Positions 48,936 to 61,700 of a stretch of DNA of 64,000 nucleotides are shown in pieces. The stretch's first letter is position 1. Each line of letters starts with the position of its first letter. Made by a program: the position numbers and the translations under genes. This stretch comes from Mytilus trossulus. Taxonomy: Eukaryota. The notes beneath the pieces are model-generated. The model did not search any database. It was not told the DNA's origin and worked only from the letters and a program-made list of their open reading frames with translations. The DNA lies in contig NC_086374.1 of the NCBI RefSeq assembly GCF_036588685.1, positions 46,252,001 to 46,316,000 on the forward strand, read 5' to 3'.

Positions 48936-51082
48936 AAATGATCTTGAAGATTGAGAGCAAGATGGACTAACGGGAAGCGTGGGTGTCAAGTAAGTATAAT
49001 AAACCATAGAATATTTTTCATACTATTTAATGATACAGTCACTCAAGCAGAGTACGTGTAAGATGGTTTATAAACAGCCAAATTTATATATATGTAGGAC
49101 TCAAATCTATGGCAGATTTCTAAACTATGGAAAATATGACGCTACAAACGCCAAACCAATTGAAAATGAAAACATTTTTTGACCCCCTGGAATTACCCCC
49201 AAACTCAATCCAATTCATAGTATGGAACCTTGTGGTATAATTTCAGAAAGTTCCTTAAACTTGCACACATGTTATTGTCTGGGAGCTACAAAAATGCTGT
49301 TTTTGAACCCTTATTCCTAAACTGTTGGTACTATTACCCCCTGAAGCAATCCCAGCCTTCCTTTTGTGGTATTGAACCTCCTTTGTAAAATAACATAGTG
49401 ATCAATTCACTAAACATAAAGATAAGTGTCCGGAAACCGAATGTCTTCTGAATTTCAATTTTGGATTTACAATTTTTTTTTACACTACTAACTAGGGGAA
49501 ATATAGGACAAGCAGTATAATTTTGTTAATTTGTATTACTAGTAATAAACTTATTAGAAATAGGTATTTACCTTTTGGTATATATTTAGATGATATTTAA
49601 CTACATAAAGAACATTCTTTTAAATTTTATAAAAAGTTTATGAATTTAAAAACCTAAAAATTATTGAACAAATCAATTTTAATTTCTATGATGGAGCATT
49701 TTAAAGTAAAGAATAATATGCTAAAAGAGAGGCAAAAGATACCAAATGGACATTCAATCTCACAAGTTGAAAATAAACTGACAAAGCCAACAGACGAAAT
49801 AATGTACACAAACCACAACATAGAAAACTAGACTGAGCAACACGAACCCCACAAAAAAGTTGGGTTGATCTCAGGTGCTCCAGAAGGGTAAGCAGATTCT
49901 GCTCCACATTCGACACCCACTGTTTGTGTCTTGTCTGTATCTAAATGTATGTCAACAGATTATCTGTCTACTATAGATTTACCAAGCCAATAACACAAAC
50001 AAATTGCAAAGAATGTAAGAATGACAATATTTCCTAGTATAGATCTTATCTTGTTGATCATTTTTGCTATTCAAAATTTCATTCTATCTTCAATAGTGCT
50101 GTCCATAATGTGTAACTAGAGGCTCTTAAGACCTATTTTGCCATGAATCTTCAGCAATAGCCACCTTTTGGTAAAAATCGTTAAAGAAAGGGCAATGACT
50201 CTATTAAGAGTAAAATGTCAATTCCAATAGTGTTGACATATTTATATAACTATTGTCAAGCTGAATACTGTAAATTCAGAAATTATTGCGTGCATTTATT
50301 ATTGCGATTTTGTCATTTTACACTTGAATGCGATTTTAATTTTTACGATTTTGAGAAAAGTCATGCTTAAGTCAGTTCAAATATTACAAAAAGCGAGTTT
50401 TAATTATTGCGTTTACAACTCAGTCGCATTATTCGCAATAATAATCAAAGCGCGAAAGCGCTGTAAAGGCAGTTAATTACAGGTTGTGTGTATTTCTAGT
50501 CCAGTTATATCATTATCTTCCATGGATAGAACAGAGGTGGTTTGTAGAATTTAAGATTTAGAGTTCTTTTGTACCTAGTTCACCTATATCTAGTCTACTG
50601 TTTACAGTATATTTTCTGTGCCTCCCATGAAATGCATTTTTAGCCATGGCCTTGTCAGTTTGCTTTAAATTTATGAGTTTGACTGTCCCTTTGGTGTCTT
50701 TCGTCCCTTTTCTTTAGACATATAAGAACTTTTCCTTTTCAAAATATAGACTATTTTTAATTATTGATTGTATACACATATTCTATGACTCCCATAAAAA
50801 AAAGTTCACAAAGATTGACTAGTCTCTGTACTGTGTGTATAGCAAGGACATCAAGTAACATAATGGTAAATGTACATAGTAACATGTCAACTTTTTTGAT
50901 GACCATACCTGTCAACTGTCAGTTTTTGCAGAGTATTTCCCCAATCGAGCTCAAGGCTCCCAAATGGAAATTTTGTAAGGGCAATTTTGTCAACTATTTT
51001 AAAGAAAACAATTAATTTAACAATGGCTATGAACTTGCTAATGCACCAAGAAGCCAAAATCCACATTAGAATATATTTGAAG

Positions 51083-52810
51083 GGAATCCATGGCAAATCG
51101 CCCCACTTTTCACTAACTCGCCCCACTTTAAAAACAAGGGTGCACACACTGAAATGTCTTGCCTTCTTTACTAATCATTGATATTATGTTGATAGTCCTA
51201 ATAATAAAGCGTTATTACAACTGTCACATAATCTTAACATAAACCAAGAAAACTAAACATTGACCTTTGAACCATGAAAATGAGGTCAAGGTCAGATAAA
51301 CCATGCCAGGTAGACTTGTACAGCTTACAATTCTTCCATACAACAAATAAAATTGACTTATTGCTTATAGTTTAAGAAAAACAGACCAAAACACAAAAGC
51401 TTAACACTGAGCAATGAACCGTAAAAAATGAGATCAAGGTCAAATAAAACCTGTGCGACTGACATATAGATCATGAAATATTTCCATACACCAAATATAG
51501 TTGACCTATTGCATATAGTATTAGAAAAAAAGGCCAAATCTCAAAAACTTAACTTTGACCACTGAACCATGAAAATGAGGTCAAGGTCATATGACACCGG
51601 CCAGGTAGACCTGTACACCTTACAACCATTCCATACACAAAATATAGAAGACCTATTGCAAACAGTATAAGAAAAACAGACCAAAACACAAAACTTAACT
51701 ATAACCACTAAACCATGAAAATGAGGTCAAGGTCAGATGACACCTGCCAGTTGGACATGTACACCTTACAGTGCTTCCATACACCGAATATACTAGACCT
51801 ATTGCTTATAGTATCTCAGATATGGACTTGACCACCAAAACTTAACCTTGTTCGCTGATCCATGGAATGAGGTCGAGGTCAAGTGAAAACTGTCTGACGG
51901 GCAAGAGGACCTTGGAAGGTACGCACATACCAAATATAGTTATCCTATTACTTATAATAAGAGAGAATTTAACATTACAAAAATTTTTAACTTTTTTTTC
52001 AAGTAGTAACTGAACCATGAAAATGAGGTCAAGGACATTGGACATGTGACCGACGGAATCTTCATAACATGAGGCAACCATATACAAAGTATGAAGCATC
52101 CAGGTCTCCGACCTTCTAAAATATAAACCTATTAAGAACTGAGCTAACATCGCCGCCGCCGTATCACTATCCCTACAATGTATGTTGAGCTTTCTGCGAC
52201 AAAAGTCGCAGGCTCGACAAAAAAACTGCCCCAACCTGAATTACCAAATCGCCCCACTTGTGAACTGTGATAAATCCCGTTAATATTTCTCCTGCCAACT
52301 GGTCCCACCTAATGGAAATGGGTGAAATCTAGATAAATATATTATTAACCAGGATGAATTTAGTAATGCCAACTCGCCCCACTTATGGAAAAAGATGTTA
52401 TTCCATTAAATATAAGTTAAATTCCTTATATTGCATTTTGATACATTTAACTGGTTTCTTTTCAACTGTTATGCAAATAACTAAGCTTCAAAACTTACAG
52501 TTATTCTTCAACAATCAGTTTTATTTTTAGAATTATAATTTCAGTATATATCAATAATAGTAATTAAATTAATTTTCGGTTTGTTTGTATTCTGTGTAGA
52601 TTAGTTTTCGTTAAAGTGGTGCGAGTTTTTATTTTTAATTGTATATATTAATCTTAATATTACCGTTTTTTTATAAGTAGAGCGAGTTGACAGGAGTAAT
52701 ATTAAACATGATTTAACCAATTTCACATGTGGGGCGATTTGATAAATCAGTTTGTGGCAGTTTTTAAAAAAGTGGGGCGATTAGCCAGTGGGGCAACTTG
52801 TCCTGCTTCC
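51083..52810. mobile_element. Non-autonomous TIR transposon with 8-bp TSD ATTTGAAG and subterminal CGCCCCACT repeats (host of the 51133-52224 HINE)
   Basis: ATTTGAAG at 51075-51082 and 52811-52818. Imperfect TIR GGAATCCATGGCAAATCGCCCCACT / AGTGGGGCAACTTGTCCTGCTTCC. Confidence 0.7.
51133..52224 (-). mobile_element. Second full-length copy of the ~147-bp-repeat HINE-like element, inverted relative to 45772-46864
   Basis: Reverse-complement homology over the whole length, including both termini. Confidence 0.8.
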
Positions 52811-53926
52811 ATTTGAAGGCCCCCTTGAAGGTTTTGTATGACTATATTGACCATCTTTCACGTAAAACCCCCATGTGCATTTTGAAAAGTTGGCAGATAT
52901 GTTTCTAACTCCAGGCAAAATCTACCGGTATGAATGAAAAAGAAGTTTTCAATTAAAGCTCTGTGGCCATAACAACTGTCTCATTAGCATTTAACCACTT
53001 CCCATATTTGCAATTAAAACAATAGAAGAAAATTATTCAACGCAAAAACAAAACTTACTTCATGTACTTGTAAATATGAAATTCTCTTTACGGTATGAGT
53101 TTTTCTCATAGTTTGAGATTGTACAGTAGTACCTGTAACTGCTTATACCTATTTCTTATTCACTTTTGCTTGATAAACTCACTAAATATCATATACATTG
53201 TACCACATCTCCTTATTTTTATAAGCATTCCAATAACATGAACAATTGTAATTCAATTCTATATACCAAAGCAAAATGAACTGCACCACTTTCATTCACT
53301 AGTATGCATTTTTTGGCAAAATACAAGTTCTTAAATGACACAATATATATTTATTGATAAAAAAATTAAATTAAGTATACAACTCTTTAACATGTATAAA
53401 AAAAAAGCACAGCTTTGTCATAATTTGTGAAATCTGTGCTGAAAACATAGACATTGATGGTATTTGAGTAATTCCAAATGTGAAGCTCAACATTAGCTCG
53501 TCAGTTGGTGGTGGACAGTTATAGTTCCTTTCTGCAGGCTAGGATGAATGACTTTTCAGGAAAAACAATTTCACAAATCAAAACTTTCCTCTAGATTTCT
53601 CCTACAATATTCATCCAGTTTAGTTCTTTTGTTTTAATTGGACACCGTCCTGATTTTTAATTTTGCAAACCATTCAGTCTCTTGCTTGCAAATGGAGCAT
53701 GAAAAAAGGATGGGTATGGCAGTAGACAAGTCTCTTTAAAGTGGGTTTGTGCCCTGAAAAAAGGTTTTATAACTTAAGTTTTTTTTGAAACTTGTGCAAC
53801 ACACATACCTAAATAACTATAACATAGAAGAGAGCATCATTCGTGTCAATGTTTTGTTCCTGTTTACATTGTCATTGATATTTTTTCAGAAAGCCTGAGG
53901 CATAACTCGTGAATACCTGTCATTAC

Positions 53927-54293
53927 CACAGGTATTTGGGGAATGGACCCCCCCCCCCCTTTTTTTTGGACCTCACTAAAATAAAATTTTGGCGTTTTTT
54001 TTATTCATTTACAATTTTCTACAATGTATAAACATATATCAAGTCTCAACAATCCATTGCTAGTCGATTACAATAATTTTCTACTATCCATACGAGCCCC
54101 AAGTGAAAAAAGAAACTTTCACTTGGGGCTCGTATGGATAGTAAAAAAAATATTGTAATCGACTAGCAATGGATTGTTGAGACTTGATATATGTTTATGC
54201 ATTGTAGAAAATTGTAAATGAATAAAAAAACGCCAAAATTTTATTTTAGTGAGGTCCAAAAAAAAAGGGGGGTCCATTCCCCAAATACCTGTG
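53927..54293. mobile_element. Foldback MITE: ~180-bp near-perfect inverted arms, 8-bp TSD GTCATTAC
   Basis: CACAGGTATTTGGGG...CCCCAAATACCTGTG with a short central spacer. GTCATTAC at 53919-53926 and 54294-54301. Confidence 0.9.
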
Positions 54294-57174
54294 GTCATTA
54301 CATCCTAAATTAACATAATTACTGCTAGAATAATTATCAGTATGATATACGTACACTATCATTTTACAGCCCAAGTCTTCAGTACATGTATATATAATTG
54401 TTGCATTCATTCACTCCTGTGTTCAGTCGTTCAAAAATATTTAAACATCGACAAATGAACTTAAATAAGGACAAGAAAACACTAGAAAAGATACGTACAT
54501 TCAATCCGTGTTAAAGAGTATTTGAAAGAGAATTATATCTGGTTAAACGATGTATAAAGGAGAAATATATCTGGTTAAACGATGTATAAAGGAGGAAAAA
54601 TTGTAGACATTGCATTACGATGCTTTCTACCTAATAGCTCGTGGATATGTTTACATATTTAGACTTGACCCAGTATGACCCGTACCTTGTAGGCCACCGC
54701 CGTCGTTTAAACACTCGACTACAGTCGTGTAAGACAGTAAAAAGCTTAAGCCTGTACTATTTGCGTGAAGTAAATGTTTTGTTCTGTACATTTAAATTGT
54801 TTTACCTGATAGCAAGGACGTATATCTATCCGTTTCCTTCTCAATTCACTTTGTCAAATCCTTCGAGCTTCTTCAAAACATACGTATTACTGCGCCCAGA
54901 AGTGAGAAAAATATGAGAAATCCTCGTAAAATAATGCTATTTTCAATTTTGTGGAATCCATTTTGTTATATTTATTATACAAAGATAAAAAAAAAGTTAC
55001 GATTAATCATGAATTTGCATATCATTATACGGAACGTTTATGGACTATTTTTTTAGCTGTAAATCGGCCATTTTGGCGGGACATCATGTACACATACACA
55101 CGTAGATTGGCTGGTACCCGATCGTAATGTTACACATCACATATATCAAATAGCTAATACCCGGAACGTAGTACCGGGAACCAGGATAATACGTAGACAA
55201 CATACATAACTAGAAACGCTTTTACGGTTTCTCGTTCATAAACCGAATTCAGCTTTGAATTATAGAAGATGCAATATTAATCATGTTCAGTCGACTTTTC
55301 ATTGTTATATCAACGTCTGAACTAATTAAAGAATCTTTAGATGTCAGATAACACTCGAAATTGACCCGACCTCTTTCCACACGGAATACACATAATAATA
55401 GTTTGTAGTCAGGTTGACTGCTTATAATGCAAAATACACACTAATAACAAGTTCTATAAAACGAACAATACACACTGATCGTTTCTTTAGTCCCCAATGT
55501 AAATGAAAGAAACAAAAACCATATTATACCATAAAAAGAAGAGGAGAAATTCGAACATTTCCGGATCTATTTCTGGCCAAAAGACCCCCTGCAAAGATTG
55601 CGTATGAAAAGATGAACCTCATGGCCTTAAAGCACTGCCTTTAAAAACCTCGCAATAATTTCTGAATTTACAGTATTTTTTATTTGCTATTTTTAAGGTA
55701 CTTTTTGGTTACATAATTCTTCAACTGTGACGGATCTCATACATCACCTGCTTTCAAATATTCAGCTTTGAGTGTTCCTGATGAAGGTAAACTCAGAAAA
55801 GCGCTTGGGACGCATGAAATTAATTACATGTTGTTTCCATTTTACTACTAAATTCAGACAAATTAAATATCTTAGATAAATGGCACAGCCCATACATTCA
55901 GACATGAGACAAGAAAACATCGTTGTGACACAATAAGAACAAATAATAAGTAAGGCTTTTCATATATTTATATATATTTTCACAATGAAGCTGCAATTCT
56001 AAATTTGAAACATCATATACAATAATGCTAAATTGAAAAATACAAGTTTGGTTTCATACAGAATTAATATACAAAAAAAATCTTAGTGACATGATTGTAT
56101 GAAAATTGCTATTAGCATTGATTTAATCTACAATTGAGATAATGATTAAGATGTAATATCTGAAATCATGCATAAAAAGTTAAAAAAAAAATAGCTTTTC
56201 CAATCTATATGCATAAATTGTTAACAATTGTCAAGATAAATCAATCTATATTGAAAATATGTAAGTTTTCATTCATAAAAAAAATAACATGTTTAATACA
56301 TTTATTAACACCCATTATAGAAAATGTTCTTTACACCAATAACAAAAAAAATATCTGAATTAAACATCACAACATAAAATTTATATAAAATAAAATTTAG
56401 TTAAAATATATTTAATAAAATAAAAAATAAATTTACTCACAACACAAATGAGGGTATATAACATGGTAAAAAAAAAGAATCAATTCAAGCTTTGTTCTGC
56501 TTAATAAATTGAATAGTAAAATTATGAATTTCTTCAAAACAAACTTATTTTTACTTTTTTCTGTTTGAGCAAGTAAACACTCTTAAACATTTCATTCAAA
56601 TTTGAATGGAAAAAGTAAGACATAAAAATAATAAGATTTTAAGATGATTTGAAGTAAGAAATCGATTATTTGACATTAAAAAAAACATCACAGAACAACC
56701 TTAAAAGGAATTACACCAAAAACAGTGACTTTACAACATATAGTACCTGCTAAACATCAACATGGAATTTTTCAAGTTTGAGGTAAATTTATATAAATTT
56801 TTACAAGCTAATAAGTTTAACAACTCTCAACATGAAATAAACTCAAAATAATAAATGAATTACAAAAATTCATTTTTTCTTTTTAAATGGTTTATAGGTG
56901 AAATCTTATTACTAATGTTTCACTAAATTTTCAGAGCAAAATCCAAATCTTATTTAAATAATTTAAGAAATGACAGCTGTAGTTTTCCTTTTTTGGGGAG
57001 ATTCCAACCTCTTTATTGTTTTTGATTCATAATATCATGAAATATAAATTATATTAAAATCTTCAAAAGGAATACAGACTGATTTACCAAAGACCTTTCA
57101 ATTTTCTTTCAAAAAACTTTACTGATTTAATCAATCTTGGATTAATTTACTGTATAAAAGTATTATATATTTAT

Positions 57175-57809
57175 TTAAGGTGGAACCAAACACCTTGACT
57201 AAAATTAATAGACAACTTTTGAGTTCGATGCATTTCTGTCATAAACTCTTGTTTTAGTGAACATGATTTGTGCGTTTAGGGCATTGTCACTTCGTTCCAA
57301 TATTAAGCAAGTGGTTGGAAAGCTATAATTCTATTTTACATGAATTTTTCGGCAAATTGAATTCTCATAATTGACAATCAGCACTGCTGTCATTAGGGAA
57401 TTGTGATTAAGTACTTGCACAACAAACATTATTTCTAGTTTATCCTGCACAATGACGATCATCAAAACGCTTAATAGGTCAGGGATACAGGGATCCCTTC
57501 TATCTGGTTAATGATGTCATAAAAGCATGCATAATTGACAAGTTTTTCCTGGTGACAGATGAATTCGAAAGAGGTCTATTTGGTTTGTTTAATTTTCTTA
57601 ACATTTTGACAAAATATTTAATTTTACCCTTTGACAAAAATTTGAAGGTTTCAATCAACTTGAACCACACACTTTATAAGAAATTGTTCATTAGATAAAC
57701 AGCAGATTGATAAACACTTCTTTTTATCAATGAGAGGCTGAATATTTCCTTAACAACAGAGCAAGAATTTTACACAGTTATCTCCCTGTAGTGTTATACA
57801 CCACCTTAA
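57175..57809. mobile_element. TTAA-flanked non-autonomous DNA transposon (Kolobok/piggyBac-type target) hosting the 57208-57579 MITE
   Basis: TTAAGGTGG ... CCACCTTAA termini. Confidence 0.65.
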
Positions 57810-58786
57810 GAAAAGAATGTCAATGACATAGTTGGATGAAAATTTATTAATTGTTTCATATTATTTTTTATAGCTAAAGCAGTGCTTATTTAGAAGCATT
57901 GAAAACTTTCAATGAAATCTCTATTTTTTCGTCTTTCTAGCCGATACAAATAATATGCACATTAAAATGATTTTGCTAAAAAAAAAATGTAATCTAATTC
58001 TAAAAAACAATATAACATTATATGGATATGGCAGTATTTAAAAAGATAATAGCTAAGGTGATAAGCAAATAAATTGGGTATTAAAATTAAAATCAGAATT
58101 ACATCTTAAATGATACCAGTCCACTTTTGAATAGGACATAATTTTGATTAAAACTTTACTGGCATCTACACAGACAACACATATACCAAGCATTAATAGT
58201 TTATTTATAATTTCAGGTTGTTCAAAATCATGCAGACATAAATATAGTTTTATTTTTCCTAGATTGTCAGATATTTATAGCACCATAAATCATTATGTAC
58301 ATACAACAACAACAAATGATTCTTTTAAGATAGTTTTGCTGTAATTGTTATAAGTTTCATTAGAATGATTTATATCAAAATCATCAAATTCCAAACCAAT
58401 TTTCCTTGCAAAATAACTAAATGTTGTAATGGAATCCCTTTGGAAAATAGTAAAAACAGATCCAAATAAATATATTCGTATAATCCCTATACTCTCTTCG
58501 CTTAGATTGAAAATGGAAACAAAGAATGTGTCAAAGAGTCAACAAAATATTTACTTTCAAGAAAAAAGATTTAAAAATATTAAAAAATTAATCAATATAA
58601 CTCCAATTAAGGTCACATTTACAATTTATGTTTAAAAAAAAAATTGCAGTAATCATGAACAAGAAAAACCTATGTGGTTTTTTTCACAAGAATTATCATA
58701 CTGTATGCATATGTTTATGTGTAAATGCCAGACCCATAAAAAATCTAAAATAGCTATAAAATATTGCTGCAATTTTCCAAATCCCT

Positions 58787-61700
58787 TTACAAAGCCCTCC
58801 ATTCAGAATAATTAGTTGTATCCTCTCTGGTAATGTTAGATACAATAGAATTAGGCTTTTTGTTCCTGTTTATTAGTAGTACAGCACTAGACAAATAGCC
58901 ACCAGTCTTGCTGATCTCCCAAAATCCAACCTTGTGTTTGGCATATGTAATCTTTTCATCCAGTATCTATAAAGAAAAAACATATAATTAGAACATATGC
59001 ATCTTAATATATATATAATTTATATATGTTTGTAATGATAACTATAATCCAACTTATTTTGCAAAATACTTATCTTTGTGTCACTCCTTTTCTTGGATTT
59101 CAAGGCTATTTATTTCAATACTTTTCTAATTTTCTTAATTTCTATATACAAGGGAAGAATAGAAGATCCAAATTTTACATATGACTGATAATTTATGTTA
59201 GCCTAACAGTTATAATAGAGAAAGATTCAAAATCAAAATTACTCATGAAAGTAAGTTGGTTTATAGAATTGATAATACAATGTAACAAATGAATATGAAA
59301 ACTGCTACCTGCCAATGTGTGACTTTTCTATACTTGCCTTAAACTGGACAAAGATAAAATAGCTTTAATCGAGATCTCTAAAGAATGATTGGTATATAAT
59401 GAATATATGTATAACTTGCAAGTTTGATACAGCTTCTTAATTTGATTATTTTTCATAAAAAGCTTATTAATTAGTTGTAACAATGGTTAAATAACACTTC
59501 TTCCAAAAATACAATTTTGTCTTTGTAAGAAAGTTAATATCTTTTAAAGATTTTAGCAACCATTTTTAATTTGATAAAAAATGTTATCACGTAATATCAA
59601 AAGCATTGTCAAATGTTACATGAATAAAGCCAGTACATGCAAACAACAAATAAAGTTAATGAATCAAAAAACAAATGTATTCCATGCTGTTAGATTTAAC
59701 CTTTTAATAACAACATACCATAATTCTTCCATCACCACTTTTTAAACCAAAAAAAAGGGGGGAATAAAGGTCATCAAATTTCACGGTCATTTTCAATTGG
59801 GCATGATAATACATTGTAGGTTGTGCAATTTTTCTAAATACTCAGACATACTCCTGATATGCAAGAGTATATTCGAAAAATTAAATGCTTGATGGTCTGA
59901 GTACACAGTTATTTCGTAGTGCATTTCTTTTAGACAATAAATGGAAATTTAAAAAATCCCACCAGCACTTTCTCCATAATATTTTTACAGTGTGTTGTAC
60001 TACTTTTGGGACAAATTATATCAAAATTATAGAAACTTCATCAGCTCTAATTCAAAATATGGACAATTTTATGTGAAAGGGGTCTCGAAATCTTTTGACA
60101 TCTTCCGAAATGCTAATTTTTGACCTTTTTCAACTGGACCAAATCACTACTTTACATTATAATTCATGAATCAAATTTTTGTACACTGTAGTTTTATCCC
60201 CCTTCTTGCTACTTGAGGCATAAAACATAAATAATTAAATTTGGAAAGGGTATAAAAAAAATGACAAGTAACACACTGTCCGCACTAGGGACTATATTTG
60301 TGAACAACAAAAATCAAGGGACGATAACTGTGTACTCCGACCTGATGTACAAAAGTATATGATACAGTTAGTCAAAACAAATGACAAATAACTTCAAGCT
60401 ATTAATAAATATCAATATACGAATAGAGTCAACAACAAAAATATTTTAAAATAACCTAAATAAAATTGAATTATAAAAATAAACAAGCAAATAAACAATC
60501 CAATTGTCAAATAAAGAACAATGCTATTTAAAGCCGACTGAAATTCCATCCATCTCAAAATAACATGCATAGTTAACACCGAAATTTGTTATACTACCTT
60601 TCAAGGTAAGGTGGAAATAATTTTTCGATAAAGGGTATTGCCTAGTACCAACAAGACACTGCGGATGAGATTTCCACCTGATTTTGTAAGTTCCTGACAA
60701 GTAACTTCGTGATGCAGACCATTATGGTCTAAATTATCTTGTATAGCCTGTATGGAAAAATGCTAAAGCAATTAACATTTATTCAAAGCCATGTCATATA
60801 TATAATAAAACATGTACATGTATACATCTTTTCTTGTAAATGATCAAAGAGTTTATGTATTCATTTGTTCTTGCTGCATAAAGCATTTAGTCTGATTTAG
60901 AGTTATCTCCCATTAAAACAATATTATGGAATTCTCATGTAGATTTTAAAGTTTTTAACCTTAAAAGATTAGAAAGTAATATTTTAGGATTTATACAGTA
61001 AAATTCATATTCAAACTTTTATCATATAAACTTCTTAGTACTGCAATTCTATATATAAATTTACATGTTTCTTTTATGGCCTTAAGTGTTTACACTATGT
61101 AAACTATTACATTACTAGTAAATTAGTAACAATTAATAAAATCAACATTTTATAAGATTTAAATGGATGATTACATCAATTCTGTCAGATAATAGGAAGT
61201 ACAGTTTAACAATATTTATATTTCAAATATTACATAACTTTACCAAATATCATTTCAGATTAAAATCTAAACTTGTTAACACTGTAAGAATGATAGGTGA
61301 TCAAGAGTTGAACATGATTTTTAAATGATTTTTCCCTGAGGAAGGACATGCTATTACACCTGTCCAAACAGAGGCTCAAGGTTACAAAAGGTTAGAAATA
61401 AGCACAAGCCAGCCCTAATAAGCCAGATAGTAGTATCTTATGAATGTTTATATCAAATGTTTTAGCAGTTGAGTAGAACCCACCAGAATATTTCTTTTTA
61501 GTTATTATATATGTGCAAATTATTATTTATATTAGTGTAGATGTTAACAATACAGTGTATACATATATACAATATATGTGTGTAACCTTTAACAACAAAA
61601 TCAAATGTGGTGAAAGTGTGTGATACAAATACATTAAGTTGACTAACATTTCATTAAACTTTTGAACAAAATCAATTTACCACTAATTATCTCTCAAGTT

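Larger units (their letters stand above)
35060..49825. repeat. Tandem segmental duplication (~35060-42900 and ~42975-49825) carrying the two microseminoprotein-like genes and their upstream regions
   Basis: Collinear homology beyond the exons, e.g. 40970-41060 vs 46860-46940, 41465-41570 vs 47770-47870 and 42590-42900 vs 49545-49825, interrupted by copy-specific insertions. Boundaries are approximate. Confidence 0.8.
50445..55644 (-). mobile_element. ~5.2-kb non-autonomous Helentron-like element inserted within a MITE
   Basis: Subterminal IR TAAAGGCAGT (50464-50473) / ACTGCCTTTA (55634-55643) and terminal hairpin AGCGC-GAAA-GCGCT (50449-50462). The flanks (50266-50444 and 55645-55675) rejoin into one MITE homologous to 9636-9851. 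Confidence 0.7.

Noticed and set aside
54528-54591. 2 x 32-bp direct repeat
   Set aside because: Simple local tandem duplication with no spacer or other associated structure.
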